The notes: generated from the letters alone by a model not told the origin. 64,000 bases of DNA from Azolla caroliniana (GCA_043228905.1 JBHGNT010000016.1:2480001-2544000); one strand, 5' to 3'. Counted from the first letter of the stretch, positions 11,128 to 36,216 are shown. Program-made: numbers and translations.

Positions 11128-11510
11128 TAATTGTATGCTTTACGAAGAGAGAGAGACACTATGTGTTATAAACCAAATGACGTAAAGTATATTAAGTAAT
11201 ATGAGAGACGATTACAAGGATGGTAACACTACGTATGAAAAGTAAATAAACTCTTATTAATATTTCATATAGCTCTTTTGGCAACCAAAACAATAGTTGC
11301 TGGGAGTGGTTGGATATGATAAATCTGTTACATTGAACACAAAAAATATTCGGGTGGTTGTATTATTGTGATGAATGTATGACAAAAGATATGGTCTTTA
11401 ATGTTGTTGACAATCAAACTCAACAATGTCCAACATGTGAACACATTGTGATGGGTGGGGCCAATTGCATTTAAAGTCCAACTTTCTCATAAGGAATTAA
11501 GTACTATCAT

Positions 11511-11784
11511 TAGGAGTTTGCAATGGCTCGGCCCAAGCTTGAACTAATCCATTGAAAAGTTTTTAAATGGTTTGGTGGTTCGGCTCAAATCATGCTTGAA
11601 CCTCCTTATCGGTTTTAAACTCAGTTTGGCAACGCTCATGCCAAACCAAACTGGGTGAGCCTTAATTGGTTTGGGGATTAGTTTGGTTCAAGTTTGAAAA
11701 CTCTTAAAACGGTAAAGGCTTAACCGGTTTGGTTTGGATGAGGCCTAATTGATTAAGCTGAAATTGAACCATTGTCGATTCCTA
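11511..11784. mobile_element. hAT-like MITE
   Basis: Imperfect TIRs TAGGAGTTTGCAATGGCTC / GAACCATTGTCGATTCCTA, internal AAACC/GGTTT motifs; degenerate 8-bp TSD ACTATCAT / ATTATTAT. Confidence 0.65.
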
Positions 11785-11969
11785 ATTATTATTATATAAC
11801 AATAAGTTAATTAATGAGAAAAAGGATATTGTATAACGCGCTCCCTTGTAACATGATGCATAATAAGAATTTCACTCTTTATAAAGCACCCCTGTCACCT
11901 TCTATAATGTTGTTCATGGTGTAATCTCCTATGTTGCTAATATACATATTTCGTCTTTAATACACGACC

Positions 11970-12533
11970 CTATCTCTCTCTCTCTTTAAATTGGTCATAT
12001 ATGACCTCCGAAGACGATAATATAATCTATCTATCTCTTTAAATTGGCCTCATCATGAACAATAAAATATTGATTATATTGTTTCTCTCTCTCTCCTTAA
12101 ATTGACCATATTTGACCTCCGAATACGATAATATAATCTATCTATCTCTTTAAATTGGCCTCATCATAGACAATAAAATATTGATTATATTCTCTCTCTC
12201 TCTCTCTCTCTCTCTCCTTAAATTGACCATATTTGACCTCCGAATACGCTAATATAATCTATTGTGAAATGCACATAAAAGGAAACCAAACCAGCCCAGC
12301 TAGCTTCATACTTATCATTCAATATATAGAAGATACAAAGAACCCATTTTGGGACAGCCTAGCTACACGTGTCCCAAAATGGTGTGCTAAAAGGGTGGGC
12401 TAAAATGGGTGATGTGCTAAACGAGAGTGGCTAAAAGAGTGGTGTGTTCAAATGCATGCTCTTGCATGAAAGGGACACCACACTATCTATCTCTTTAAAT
12501 TGGCCTCATCATGGACAATAAAATATCAATGAT

Positions 12534-12564
<31 letters not shown>

Positions 12565-12601
12565 TTAAATTGGCCTCATCATGGACAATAAAATATCAAT
12601 G

Positions 12602-12636
<35 letters not shown>

Positions 12637-12977
12637 AAATTGGCCATATTTGACATCTGAAGACCCTAATATAATCTATCTAATCTATCTATCTCTTTTT
12701 AAATTGGCCTCATCATGGACAATAAAATATCGATTATATTCTCTCTCTCTCTCTCTCTCTTTAAATTGGCCATATTTGACATTTGAAGACCCTAATATAA
12801 TCTATCTAATCTATCTATCTCTTTTTAAATTGGCCTCATCATGGACAATAAAATATCGATTATATTGTTTCTCTCTCTTTCTCAATGTTGGCCTCGTCAT
12901 GGAAGATAAAATATCTATTATATTGACTCTCTCTCTCTCACACATAAAAGTGGCCTCATCATTGTCGATAAAATATT
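11970..12977. repeat. Microsatellite-containing tandem array of two alternating related monomers
   Basis: Alternating TTTAAATTGGCCTCATCATGGACAATAAAATAT and TAAATTGG/ACCATATTTGACCTCCGAAGAC..TAATATAATCTATC units separated by (CT)n; an isolated monomer also lies at ~15050-15130. Confidence 0.9.
12263..12482. mobile_element. Solo LTR (220 bp) inserted in the tandem array
   Basis: TGTG...CACA termini; flanked by CTAT at 12259-12262 and 12483-12486, one CTAT more than in uninterrupted monomers. Confidence 0.75.
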
Positions 12978-13837
12978 GGGAAAAGTACCAGGATACCCTT
13001 GGAAGTTTATCTATTTACTAGAATGCCCTTGGAAGTTCCAAACTACCCCTATGTCCAAAAGAATACATTTTATAAAGTAATTATACATAAAATCTACAAG
13101 CCCTATTTACCAAAATACCCTTCAGACACAAATTTCTTTACTTAAGTGATTCATAAGGTGTCATGGGAAAGGAGGCAATGTTCGCAGTTGTAGGACCCCA
13201 AATTAGTGACGATTGTGCATTATTAGATATTTTGTTGAGTCGATAGATATATTTGATTTTGTGGATATTTTTGGAATTATACGTTTTGTAGATGGATCAA
13301 AATTAACATGCGAGCTAATTGCATCATCTCTCACAGCTTGTCAAAGCTCCTTCAATGAGTCAAACTACCTTCTCTCCACCAAAGCCATTCTATGAGAGAC
13401 ATCAACCATTGAAATGAGACAGAGAGAAGAAGAAAAGAAAAGAAAAATCTTTGAAGGATATAGGAAAATGAGAATTTAGAAGGGAAAGGGGATTGCATAA
13501 TAAAAGAAGAAAGAGCAAACCTAAACATAGAGAAATGACCACATATAAAGAGAGAGAGAGAGAGTGTGTGTGTGTTATGGATCCTGATGTTGAAGACGAG
13601 ATTGATCAGCCCAATGAACAAGGAAGAAAAGAAAGACTACATTGTTAGGTACAAAGGAAATAAGTAAAGAAATTTGTGTTTAAATGGTATTATGGTAAAT
13701 AAGGCTTGTAGATTTGAGTGTATAATTACTTTATAAAGTTTGTTTTTTTGGACATAGGGGTACTTTTGTAAATTTAGAACTTCCAGGGGCATTTTGGTAA
13801 ATAGACAAACTTTTAGGGGTATCCTGGTACTTTTCCC
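12978..13837. mobile_element. Non-autonomous Mutator-like element with ~170-bp TIRs
   Basis: GGGAAAAGTACCAGGATACCC...CACAAATTTCTTTACTTA mirrored by TAAGTAAAGAAATTTGTG...GGGTATCCTGGTACTTTTCCC; 9-bp TSD TAAAATATT / TAAAATATA. Confidence 0.9.
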
Positions 13838-15087
13838 TAAAATATATATTACACACACTCACACACACAACACACGCATGTAATCTATTATGTTGTGCAA
13901 GCACTCTATTTCTTCAATCTCTTCAGAATGCACGCATGTGTCCCACCATTGATGTATTTACAAATAATGTGGACAATTGCCTTGTCATCTCAACACACTC
14001 CTTTAAGCTCGTTTTTCTTGCATCATGATGTTGATCAACAAGTTTGAATTACATTTTATTGTTTTGACAACCCCCATCAAGCTATGTCGATAAAGTAGAC
14101 CAAGTTAGGTTTTGTGCCACCGAAAATTGTCCCAGTTTGTCTACTACAATACAAGCACTTTGGCTAATATATCTATTGTGCACCGGTCAATTAAAATATA
14201 TTAAAAATCAATGTATTGTGTTGCAATTCTCTCTTGGATTTAGGGTTATTTCACATCATCGTGCTTTGTACGTGACAGTTGGATGTTGCCAAGGTTATCA
14301 CAATAGAGTCATATCGAGTCTTCTATCAAGATGTTGGCATCTCTAAGGATTTTCATGAGCCACATGACCTCAATATGACATTGCTTTCCACGGAGAATGT
14401 GAAGCCTCATCTTGATCATTGATTGACTAGGCTACTAGGTCAATAAACATTCATAGCCTTCTAGTCACATCATAACTCCCTCTTTATAATTCAAGATGTT
14501 GCATCCTCAATACCGCACACGTTACTCACTTAGAGTAATCCAAGTGCAGATTACACATTGCTATCATAATTTAGTTATATTTAATGAGAATTTGTTGATT
14601 CCATGTTGGATCGCCAATAATGGAGTTGGAGTCCGCGTTCATCTTCAAATCGTGCGAAGAGGGGTCCACACCATAGTCAAATCTCAATGGATATGTTGGG
14701 CATAATCAATGGTCATCGATGTATGTGAGGTTATGCAAGTTGATATCTAGGAAACGAGCTGCTCATGGTCATGGTTTGGTTACAAGAGATTAATTATGCT
14801 CATGCTCTGTTGAGGGGAGATCAAGCTTGTGAATGAGTTAGAGGTGCTAGATCCGCAAGCAAGCTAGCAAGGCTCTTATTATTTTTTCACCAGGAGGTGC
14901 GGGCACATACTATTGGTACAACGAGAGCAAAGCTGTCTGGCCGGCCGGGCCATCCATCATTGGACACTCACTAGAATTGAGCACATATGTTAAGGACCCG
15001 AAGGCCGCCCGCACGCCCGCCACTCGACATGTTTCTCTCTTCATAGGTCATACATATTTGACCTCCGAAGACGAAGATGATAATATA

Positions 15088-15137
<50 letters not shown>

Positions 15138-15433
15138 GTTCAGTTACTTGACTTGACTTTGAAATTTGAAGAGAAACCCTAATCCTCGGTCCCTTGTGTT
15201 TTTTTCCCTCCCAATTTCCCTACTGTTTAATTTTTCTTATTCTCGTTTCTCTGCGTTGGTTTGCTCAGGTTTTAGGCTTTAGGGTTCGTTCGGGCTCCAA
15301 AGGAACAGTAGTATCTCAGACCTCAGGCTTCTCCTCATTCATCTTCGTCTCGTCCTTCTGCTACAGAATTATCCTCCTTCCATTGCTCCTTTCTTGGCGA
15401 AGCTAAGAATAAGCATAAGCATAAGCATAAGCT

Positions 15434-18400
15434 ATGATGCTGGAGAAGCTTCGAGCGACTGTTCGTGATTGCTTGAGCAAGCACATGTACTCATCTGCAA
15501 TTTTCTTCGCTGATAAGCTCGTCACCATGGCTGTAAATTCCACTCAGGATCTGTACATGCACGCTCAGGCGCTTTTCCTCGACAAACAATGTCGAAGAGC
15601 TCTGCATCTGCTCAAAAGTCATAATCTTGTTTCCGCTGATCTCAGATTCAGATATCTAGCGGCCAAATGTCTGGTATGCAAGTAAGGTTCAACAAGACTG
15701 AAGTATTGCAAAAAATGCTTTTGTTCAAGTAATGTTTTGTTTCTAATTTGTTTGCAAGAAAAACAAGCACAGAGACTAAAATAATGACAATGTTGTATGC
15801 TGATCAATGAAATGTTACACTGACGTAATCTTCAAAACTGACATAATGAGACGATAAACTGACAGCCCGAAATTATGTACAAGTAGGGTTCAAGATTGAC
15901 ATCAAGAAATTGTAAACCGTAGTAAGGAATTGCCTGCATGTAAGGCTCAAGTCTGCAGTAATATAAATGTTGTATGCAATTAAGTAAGCTTCAACAAGCC
16001 CACTGAACTTGTGAAATGTTATATGCAGGCAATGTTTTATGGATGTATTGTAAAATATTCAAATTTAAGCGGTTAAACATTAAACTAAAAGTATAATTCA
16101 ACAAGACTGAAGTTGTGATAATGTTCAACTGAAATAATCAAATGTTAAACTGAAGATGTAAGGAATATATGCAAGTAAACAAAGTAAAGAAAAATAAGGA
16201 ATTGTATGCAAATAAACATGACTGGTATTAAGTAGGGTTGGTTTGCATCAGGAAGAGCTCAAAGAGTGGAATGAATGCTTGCTTATGCTCGGGGAGAGTG
16301 ACGTTGATGAACATGGAAATGTACACATGGAAGACCAAGACAGCGAGTTCTCTGGAAAAGATGGAGAGGATCGAGAGATAAATGTAAATCTACATTGATT
16401 TCTTATTGCTTGCTTGTTAGAGTCACGTGGGAAAATCCAGATTCTCTTTACATCATCACATGTTTGATGTATGGTTTTTATTAACCAATATTTTTCATTG
16501 TTAAAGTGGATGATAGTCCTTCATTCGTTAGCTATTTGCTGTACTAATGAATTGCTTGAAATAATTTGAGCAAACATTATAATTATGTGCCTGTACAGTA
16601 CGATCGGTTGGCAAAATTGGAAGATATTCATCCGGTAGTAAACATGATTCATGGCACTAGGAAGCTTGTATCATGAAACTTCATTTGTCTTTTGTCAGAT
16701 TGGTCATAGATCATTCGGGTCGTTTGTGGTGAGGGCCCCATAGTGAGACCTGGATTCCTTTTTATCAATTTCTGCTAGGTATATCTGTAAGGCAAGTTCC
16801 CACCCTGCAGACACATTCTAGTTAAAATTTGACCATAATTCTTAGATGAGTAAATCTAGATTAGCTTAGACGCTTGTTCAGGCTTTCCCCAATAACTAAG
16901 TGCTTGCGTTCTGTTAGGGTGTACTGGTTCCTAAATTATCAATTAAAGTGAGAGGAAGAGGGAGAGAGGTAGGTAGGGAGGGAGAGAGAGATTAAACCCT
17001 GGATCAGATAACTGCAGCAATCTGTCTGCTTCGAGGTCGCGCATTTGAAGCTTTGGAGAACCGTGTGCAAGCAGTACGATGGTGAGTTTGTACTTCAGCC
17101 CTAATATTCTTCTAAGAAGATGCACTAAAACAGACTTTTTCCCACACACCCATCGTTTATTCAAATCAAGAGTTTCATTCAAATTGAATATGCGGATCTT
17201 GACGGCCTTGTGCCGGCCATGGTCATTATTGCAGCTCTGCATGCCATTTCTATATTTTCGTTCTTTCTCATGTGAACTTTGGCCCTATCTTTGCTCTTAA
17301 AGTTTAATTACTGTCTATATCTTTATTTTACGATACAAAAACTGCTGTAGCATAACTGAAAAAGTGGTTTTTTTTAATGATCTCTTATTCAAATCAAGAG
17401 TTTCGTTCAAATTGAATATGTGGATCTTGATGGCCTTGTCATCGTCATTATTGCACGTTCTGCATGCCATTTATTGAATTCCACAATCAAATTCTATATT
17501 TTTGTTCTTTCTCATGTGAGCTTTGCTATAGGTCTATCTTTGCTCTTCAAGTTTAAGTACGTTCTATATCTTTATTTTACGAAAGTTTTACAATACAAAA
17601 ACTGCTGTAGCATAACTGAAAAATTGGGGTTTTTTAATGATCTCAATGTACATGCTGATTTTAGTATGGTCTCACTTGTGTTTTACAAATTAATTCCTTT
17701 CTCTATTGAATGTATCCATATAATCAATTTCGATATCATTTATAGCTGATTTCTGGAATTCCTGGTATTGCATCAATATAGATGTATAAATTCTCCATGC
17801 GATCCATAATTATGTGATGTTTTGGGAGAGTATTTATATATCCACTGTTAATTGCTTCTATGGTTTGTAAAAATAATCTTACTGCAGTTTGACCTGTTCG
17901 TAACATGTTATATCCTGCATTTCTAAGCATATTTCATTATTTTTTTCCCCACTCTCATCTGTGCATTGAATTCATGATAACTTGACTCACACAATTACAG
18001 GTTACCTGCGGTGGTAAGTATTGCTGCATGTTGCATTATGGACTAGTAAGGATTGGACACTGACTTTTTCTAAATTAGATTGAAACAGTTGGTTTCAAAA
18101 GTTGGAGGAGTTCCTAGTATGAACAAACAAATCACGTGGTTATGTTCTCTTCATTGGTGATGACTATGCTTGTACCAGGCTTTCCTGGAGTATATAGATG
18201 TATAAGCTTTATAAAATTATGTCTGAAATTTCTAAAGTGCTGTATTGAAATGTGGTGCTGCATAAGCAAAAGTTGGGCATTTATATAAAAAGTAAAATGG
18301 GACGCACTTCGTTTGTAATCTGTATTCCTGGTTAGTTTGCTCTAACATCACATGTGCACATGCACATGCATAAATGAGCTCGCGTTTCATGTACAGAAAG

Positions 18401-21400
18401 TATGAAGTTAGGGTTTGCAAGGCAGGAGGATATGCCATGAGTCACAGTGATGGAACCCAAATATGTGTAGTTTTGGTAGTAAAGTTGTCTGGGTCATCAT
18501 CTAGTAAAGTTTGATGTGATTTGAAAGGTTTCTAGTTTTAACAATTATTCTCTGTACATTTCTCTGGGCCTGTTTATTGTTCTCTGGTTCACCACAATCA
18601 ATACATCAATCTACCAGTGACAATTGAAACCTTGTACAAGGTCTTATATATTGTCAGTGATCCTTTGATTCTGTATATTAGTGCTGTTTAATAGTGGAAC
18701 ATGTTTACGAGAAATGATAGACAGAGTTTTGGTCACATGTCTTGAATTTCTTTTGACTTTGTAGGTATCAAGCTGCGTTAAAGACGGATCCGTATTGCTA
18801 TGAGGTATGAGATTTTTCAAATAATTCCAGAGTGTAATTGTTAATAGTTTAACAATTTATCTGTAGAACTATCTAGGATCCTTATTCAGAAACACGTATG
18901 AAGGCATTATCTTCTATGATCATATATAAACAAACAATCATGGAGGGGTTGTATTCTCCATATATGAGCTGGATTCTGTATTATTGTCTTAAATGGATGT
19001 AGACATTCCTTTTAAAATGAATGTGGATAATATAATTTATTGAGTTCAATGCATCATCTTGAAAACACTTAATTACATTCTTTACAAAATGTATGCTCTG
19101 TATTCTCTGATACTCAATGAGATGGATGGAGTCAAGCAATGTAAAGTAGGTTAGGGGATGGGGTTAGGCAACAAAAGTTGTATAAAACAAGAATGTACGT
19201 GATCCTTCTAAAAGAAAAATGAATAGTATGGTTTGACTGTAGCAGGCTTTAGGTAGAGAGTTGGGTGTTGGTTCCTTATAGAGAGTTCTCAGCTGGATTT
19301 TTTGTTTGCTTCTATGCTCAGATTATTAAAAAAATTAATCCAGCTCAAGGAAACAAAAATGTTTCCTTACCTGTGTAAAAAGTATCAAATATTGGATCTA
19401 AAATTTAATTTGCCTCTCATTTGTTGACACTCTTTCTCAGTTTCTATATAATGCTTTAAGATCATTTCATTTACTGGCATTCTTTGATAATTTTCATTGC
19501 TTAAAGCAGGCATTTGAACGTCTTATTGAAAATCACATGTTGACTAGTGATGAAGGTACTTTCTTGACATCTGCTGGAATTTTCGAATGTATATTGGAGT
19601 GAAACATGTAATGTTTATTATTCTGATTCTGGCTGCTAGAAACAAATCTACTGTCATCTCTCAAGTTTGAAGAAGAGGATCACTGGTTGTATCTATTATA
19701 TTCTTGCAATTTGAAGAAGGTTAGATATCTTGAACTGGAATGAGAATTACTTTTTAAATGATACAATAGAATTTGATTTTGTATTCTTATCACTGTCAAG
19801 GATAGTATGATCAATCTGGTGCAATGGAGTCCAAGTTTTCTGAGTTAGAAAAGGAGCCATTTGACTCAGGTTTAGATGGGGATGTAGTCGTGTGCTCATT
19901 GAAGGATAATTCGGATTTGGTGGCCTGCAAATCAGACTATTATTACCATCTTGGAGAGTACCAAAAGTGTTATGAAACAACAAAAATGTAAGTTCATGTA
20001 CATTATTGCATATCAGTGTATTTAAAGATATACTGTGCTATTCATAAGCAAGCATATAACTTGCAGACTAACATTTCTGTTTTCCTTCATTTGAATCAGG
20101 CTATTAGAAACCGACCCTTATCATTTAAAGTGTATGCCAATGCATTTAGCTTCAGCTGTTGAGCTCGGGCGGAAAAATGAGCTATTTTTGAAGGCGCACG
20201 ATCTGGTTCAGGAATATCCATTAAAGTAAGCTTCAGAGATGTAAATTTAAAATTTGTACAGGAAGCATAATAATTACTGCCATCCTCTACTCCCAGAATA
20301 GTGACAGAGACATTAGTATTGTTGGTGTACATATTTATACTTGCAATTTTTTGCGATCGATGTATATTCACTTGAATGATGGGCATAGATTTTTACTGAG
20401 GTTTTCCAGGTTTATGCCTTGTCTCTATGATTTTCAACACTTGGATTGTAGGTAGCTGAAATATTAAAGCCATGTTTTAGGACAAAAGTGTTTGCAACTA
20501 TTAATTTTCTGATGTAAAACTCTGATTGCTATCTACAGTTAATGTATGATAGTCTGATTTCTTTAGAATTTTAAACCCTGGCTCAAAGTTTATAAAGCTT
20601 ATGATCTACAAATACACTATCATGAATGTGACACAGACAAAGTTTAACCAACGACCTAAAGGCTGTAAATCTTAAAGCCTTATAATTTCACCATCATATT
20701 GAGATTGCAAGGCCTTTACTAGCCCATTTCCTACCAAGTTTTACTGTAATGAGATTGAAGGGCAGATGAAAGTGTTGTCATTTCTCCTAGTCCCTTTAAG
20801 AGTAGATCCTCTGGCCTCAATTATACAAAGATTTCCAACATATAGATATAGTCTCTTCATTCGACAGACACATACACAGAAAAATGATTATCAAGTCAAT
20901 GAAGATGTTTCTGAAATTATTTGAGTTCATTATTCATTCAGGTGTATAACATGAGGCATAACCATCTTATCTGGATATACAGGGCTTTATCATGGTTTGC
21001 AGTCGGGTGCTATTATCTTTGCATTCGTCAATTTGATCACGCACGGCGCTATTTTTGGTATTAATCTGTTATAAAACGTTTTGTCAATGTTAATTCAACT
21101 GTGAGTTCTCATTGATCTGTGTTGGTATCTATGGAACAACTTCTTTGCAGTAAGGCCACCACCTTAGATGGTGCTTTTGCTTCTGCATGGATTGGTTTTG
21201 GACATGCATATGCTGCTCAAGATGAGAGTGATCAAGCAATGGCTGCATACCGAACTGCTGCACGTCTCTTTGCAGGGTCAGTTACTATGCTGAAAGGCTT
21301 TTAGTACCATGATAAACTATTATATATTCAATCTAATTTTCTTAAGCTGTACAGATGCCATCTCCCTGTCCTCTGCATTGGAATGGAGTACCTAAGAACA

Positions 21401-22335
21401 AATAATCTTAATCTTGCACACCAGGTGCGTTCTCAATGAAACTGATCTTATGTTGCTATGTATGAATGTACTTGTATATTCAGGCATGTTTTGCCTCTGA
21501 ATTCCCAATTTAACTAGATAAAACTGGAAATCTGCAGTTCTTTAGCAATGCAAGGCGAATATGTCCCACGGATCCACTAATATTCAATGAAATGGGTGTA
21601 ATGGCTTATAGGAACAAAGAGTAGGGAACAAGTGATGTTATGCAATTTATTACATAGTTCTTAGTGTACATTCTTATAATAATGATTCCAACACAGTTAT
21701 GAAACAGCTGTTCGCAATTTTCGAAAAACTTTACGATTGGTTCCTCTTCCCCTCACTGATGCTTGGGAACCTACTGTTGTCAACTTGGCGCATTCATTGC
21801 GTAAGCTAATGTATGGAAACCTTTGCCTTTGTTTGAGTCAAGATTAAAAGTTTTTTTTAGCTCTGTTTGGTGTGTACTAATTCATTGTTCTGTAAACAAA
21901 ACAGGTTCTATGCAGAGGCAATAAATTTCTATGAAAAAGCCTTGGCCCTGTGCTCAAGAGGAGCCGGAACCTATGCCGCCCTTGGGTTTACTCACCATTT
22001 GCAAGTAAATTGTTATTGAGTTTTTTTGTGTATTTTTACTTGGAAATTGATAGCTTTCATTGATGATTAACACATTTGTTTGTTCAAATATATTGTAGGG
22101 AAACACTGCTGTAGCAATAGAATATTACCACAAGGTGAAAAACTGGTTACTATGCTTTATACATAAAGATACTCTCTCGGTAAAAATTAAGAAATCTTAA
22201 AATGATATTTAACAGGCACTTGGGTTCAAGCCTGATGATACATTTACGGCGGAAATGCTTACAAGTGCCGTCATTGAAGAGTGTTCTCACATGTCTAGTG
22301 TTCGGGAGCCACACACTGTAAAGGCTGTGTCCTGA
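15434..22335 (+). CDS. APC6: Anaphase-promoting complex subunit 6 (CDC16 homolog, TPR protein), about 16 exons
   Basis: Exons with GT-AG introns: 15434-15673 (MMLEKLRATVRDCLSKHMYSSAIFFADK..RYLAAKCL), 16252-16383 (EELKEW..DREIN), ~17008-17081 (ITAAICLLRGRAFEALENR), ~18765-18804, ~19510-19555, ~19640-19719, ~19806-19987, ~20100-20225, ~20983-21057 (ALSWFAVGCYY), ~21151-21276 (AWIGFGHAYAAQDESDQAMAAYRTAARLF), ~21355-21424, ~21538-21620, ~21698-21810 (WEPTVVNLAHSLRKL), ~21905-22005, ~22099-22134, 22216-22335 (ALGFKPDDTFTAEML..TGA). Confidence 0.95.
17157..17644. repeat. Tandem duplication (~230-260 bp) in an APC6 intron
   Basis: TTATTCAAATCAAGAGTTTC..ATACAAAAACTGCTGTAGCATAACTGAAAA..TTTAATGATCTC twice. 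Confidence 0.85.
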
Positions 22336-23001
22336 AATATTTAAATGCAGCAATTATCTTAATGCCATTGTGAAAAGATCTAATGAGCACAAGAATTTAG
22401 TCTGGTTTGTTGTTAGGCCACTAACTTGCACCCTGTACCATGCACAGCTGCATGATAGAGATATCCTTCGGTAGAAAGCTCTGGGTTCATATCTTTTAGG
22501 CCAATGCTAGTTTGAATAGTCATTGTGTGAACCTTATAGCTGAATTTAATGAAGGGGAATGTAAACTCGTGTAATTCTTGCTCATAATAAAAAGTATTCA
22601 GCTCCTGGAAGCTTGTATTATTATGTCGATCGAGCAGGTCTGAATTCATGTAGCAATGTCATGAGACTTCGAAGTGTTCGAAAATGAAGACAAGGTTGAT
22701 CTGCTTTTTAATATGATATTGTGAAATACTTGACTTGTGTAATGGATGGATCTTTGTTTTGATAATCTCAATGTCCTTTGTAGATGATCCTGCAGGATAT
22801 AGCAAAGGTACTTTTCCAAATGATCACATTGAAAAATGGGAAGTCAGGTTTAGTTCATTGTATTAGTGTCTTCCATACACATGCTTAACCTTCTTGGCTG
22901 GAATTCGCATGACATTTATACTTCATACTTGTCAAATTATTCAGTGTCAATCAGCATGTGAAGCTGTGATATTTATCTCTTGCATGTCTTTATACTACGT
23001 T

Positions 23002-23444
23002 CATGGTGGTTGATGAACATGATGCTTCATCCTGATCGATGAGATGAAGTTTAATACCTTGATGGCAAAATTTTACTGAATGTCCCACAAAGTGTACATG
23101 GTTGATGAACATAATGTTTCATCCTGATCGGTGAGGTGAAGATTAATACCTTGATGTCAAAATTTTACTGAATGTCCCACTAAGTGTACATCGTGGTTGA
23201 TGAACATGATGCTTCATCCTGATCGATGAGATGAAGATGGCAAAATTTTACTGAATGTCCCACAAAGTGTACATGGTGGTTGATGAGCATGATGCTTCAT
23301 CCTGATCAATGAGATGATGGCAAGATTTTACTGAATGTCCCACGAAGTGTACATGGTGGTTGATGAACATGATGCTTCATTCTGATTGATGAGATGAAGA
23401 TTAATACCCTGATGGCAAAATTTTACTGAATGTCCCACAAAGTG
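23002..23444. repeat. Minisatellite, five 80-95-bp units, between the convergent APC6 and TBCD 3' ends
   Basis: Unit CATGGTGGTTGATGAACATGATGCTTCATCCTGATCGATGAGATGAAG[ATTAATACCTT]GATGGCAAAATTTTACTGAATGTCCCACAAAGTGTA; the bracketed part is deleted in units 3 and 4. Confidence 0.9.
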
Positions 23445-24242
23445 CGTTGAATACAATCTCCAATCACTAAGAGAAGCATAGTTCACTTGGTGGTTTGAAT
23501 CGACTCCTAAAAAGAAAATTCCTCAGTTCAAAACAAAATTATGCAATTACAACCAAAAATCTGCCCATCAACATTGAGCAAATGGTGTAGTATCCACTCC
23601 AGATTAGTGGTTTCATAATGCAAATCAAAGAGTGGCTCTCTCTGGATAGTGTTTTGGTTATATTTATTACTTGACTTGCACATATGTGGGATCGTAGTTG
23701 GAGACCTGAACAATTTCAATGCTTACACCTAGTATTCCTTGTTATTTCTTCCCAAGGCTTCTGTGAGCTTCTTTTAGGTATTGGTTTTGATTCCATTATA
23801 CACTTATTCCTACTACAAGAATATGAAAATTTGCCTTTTTCTGTTTGTAAAGGAATTGGTTGGAGGGAAGGGAGGAACCTCACTACTTAGTGTCTTCATG
23901 GAGGGAGGTCTGAAAAGTGAGCTATGGTCATTGTCATAATTTGAGCAAATATTGTATTTGAGAGGTGAGTACCAAGACATGTATTGAGATATTTTGGCTA
24001 AACCAAACTCACAAAAATTGATTGAAGATCATTAATCTTGAGTTGGGGACGCACAAAAAGATCAATTGGATTAAACACTTTCATTGACAAGCTTCATATG
24101 AAATTTAAAACAATGTTGCAAAATTTCTTGATGAATATTTCTGGCTGTGAATTTGAGAATTTTTTATCTTGATGAATATTTTGTGTTTATATGCCAGCAG
24201 ACTTGTGAGGGCAAGAGACGTAATTTCTCAAGATTGAAAATG

Positions 24243-35913
<11,671 letters not shown>

Positions 35914-36119
35914 GGCACTCTTTCAATCTTCCGCTGCCTCTGCCTGAGATCGATCTCTCGATCGTCGCCTGCGTCGGAGAAGGCAGGTTCTTCTTCTTCG
36001 TTTCTTGCAGAGAGATCGATCCTGCGCAAGTAGTAGTAGCAGGGGCGCCACTAGGCCTGCAAATAATTTTTTGTTATTTTTTTTGAATTATAAATAATAT
36101 CGTATTATTTTCAAATCTC

Positions 36120-36211
36120 CCGAAATACCCCCCTCTACTTTCTCTTTATTCCCGAAATACCCACCCTCCACTTCCTCGTTATTCCCGAGAATACCCCCCT
36201 CCACTTCCTCT
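36120..36211. repeat. Three ~30-bp direct repeats upstream of TBCD
   Basis: CCGAAATACCC(C)CCTCC/TACTT..TTATTC x3. Confidence 0.7.
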
Positions 36212-36216
36212 TAAAT

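Noticed and set aside
12581-13021. 146-aa ORF
   Set aside because: Translation of the tandem array and (CT)n tracts.
15408-15432. (ATAAGC)n run just before the APC6 start codon as a regulatory element
   Set aside because: Short simple repeat; no function can be supported from sequence alone.
23002-23444. CRISPR-like array (palindromic repeated units)
   Set aside because: Units repeat along their whole length with no unique spacers; no cas genes; eukaryotic context.
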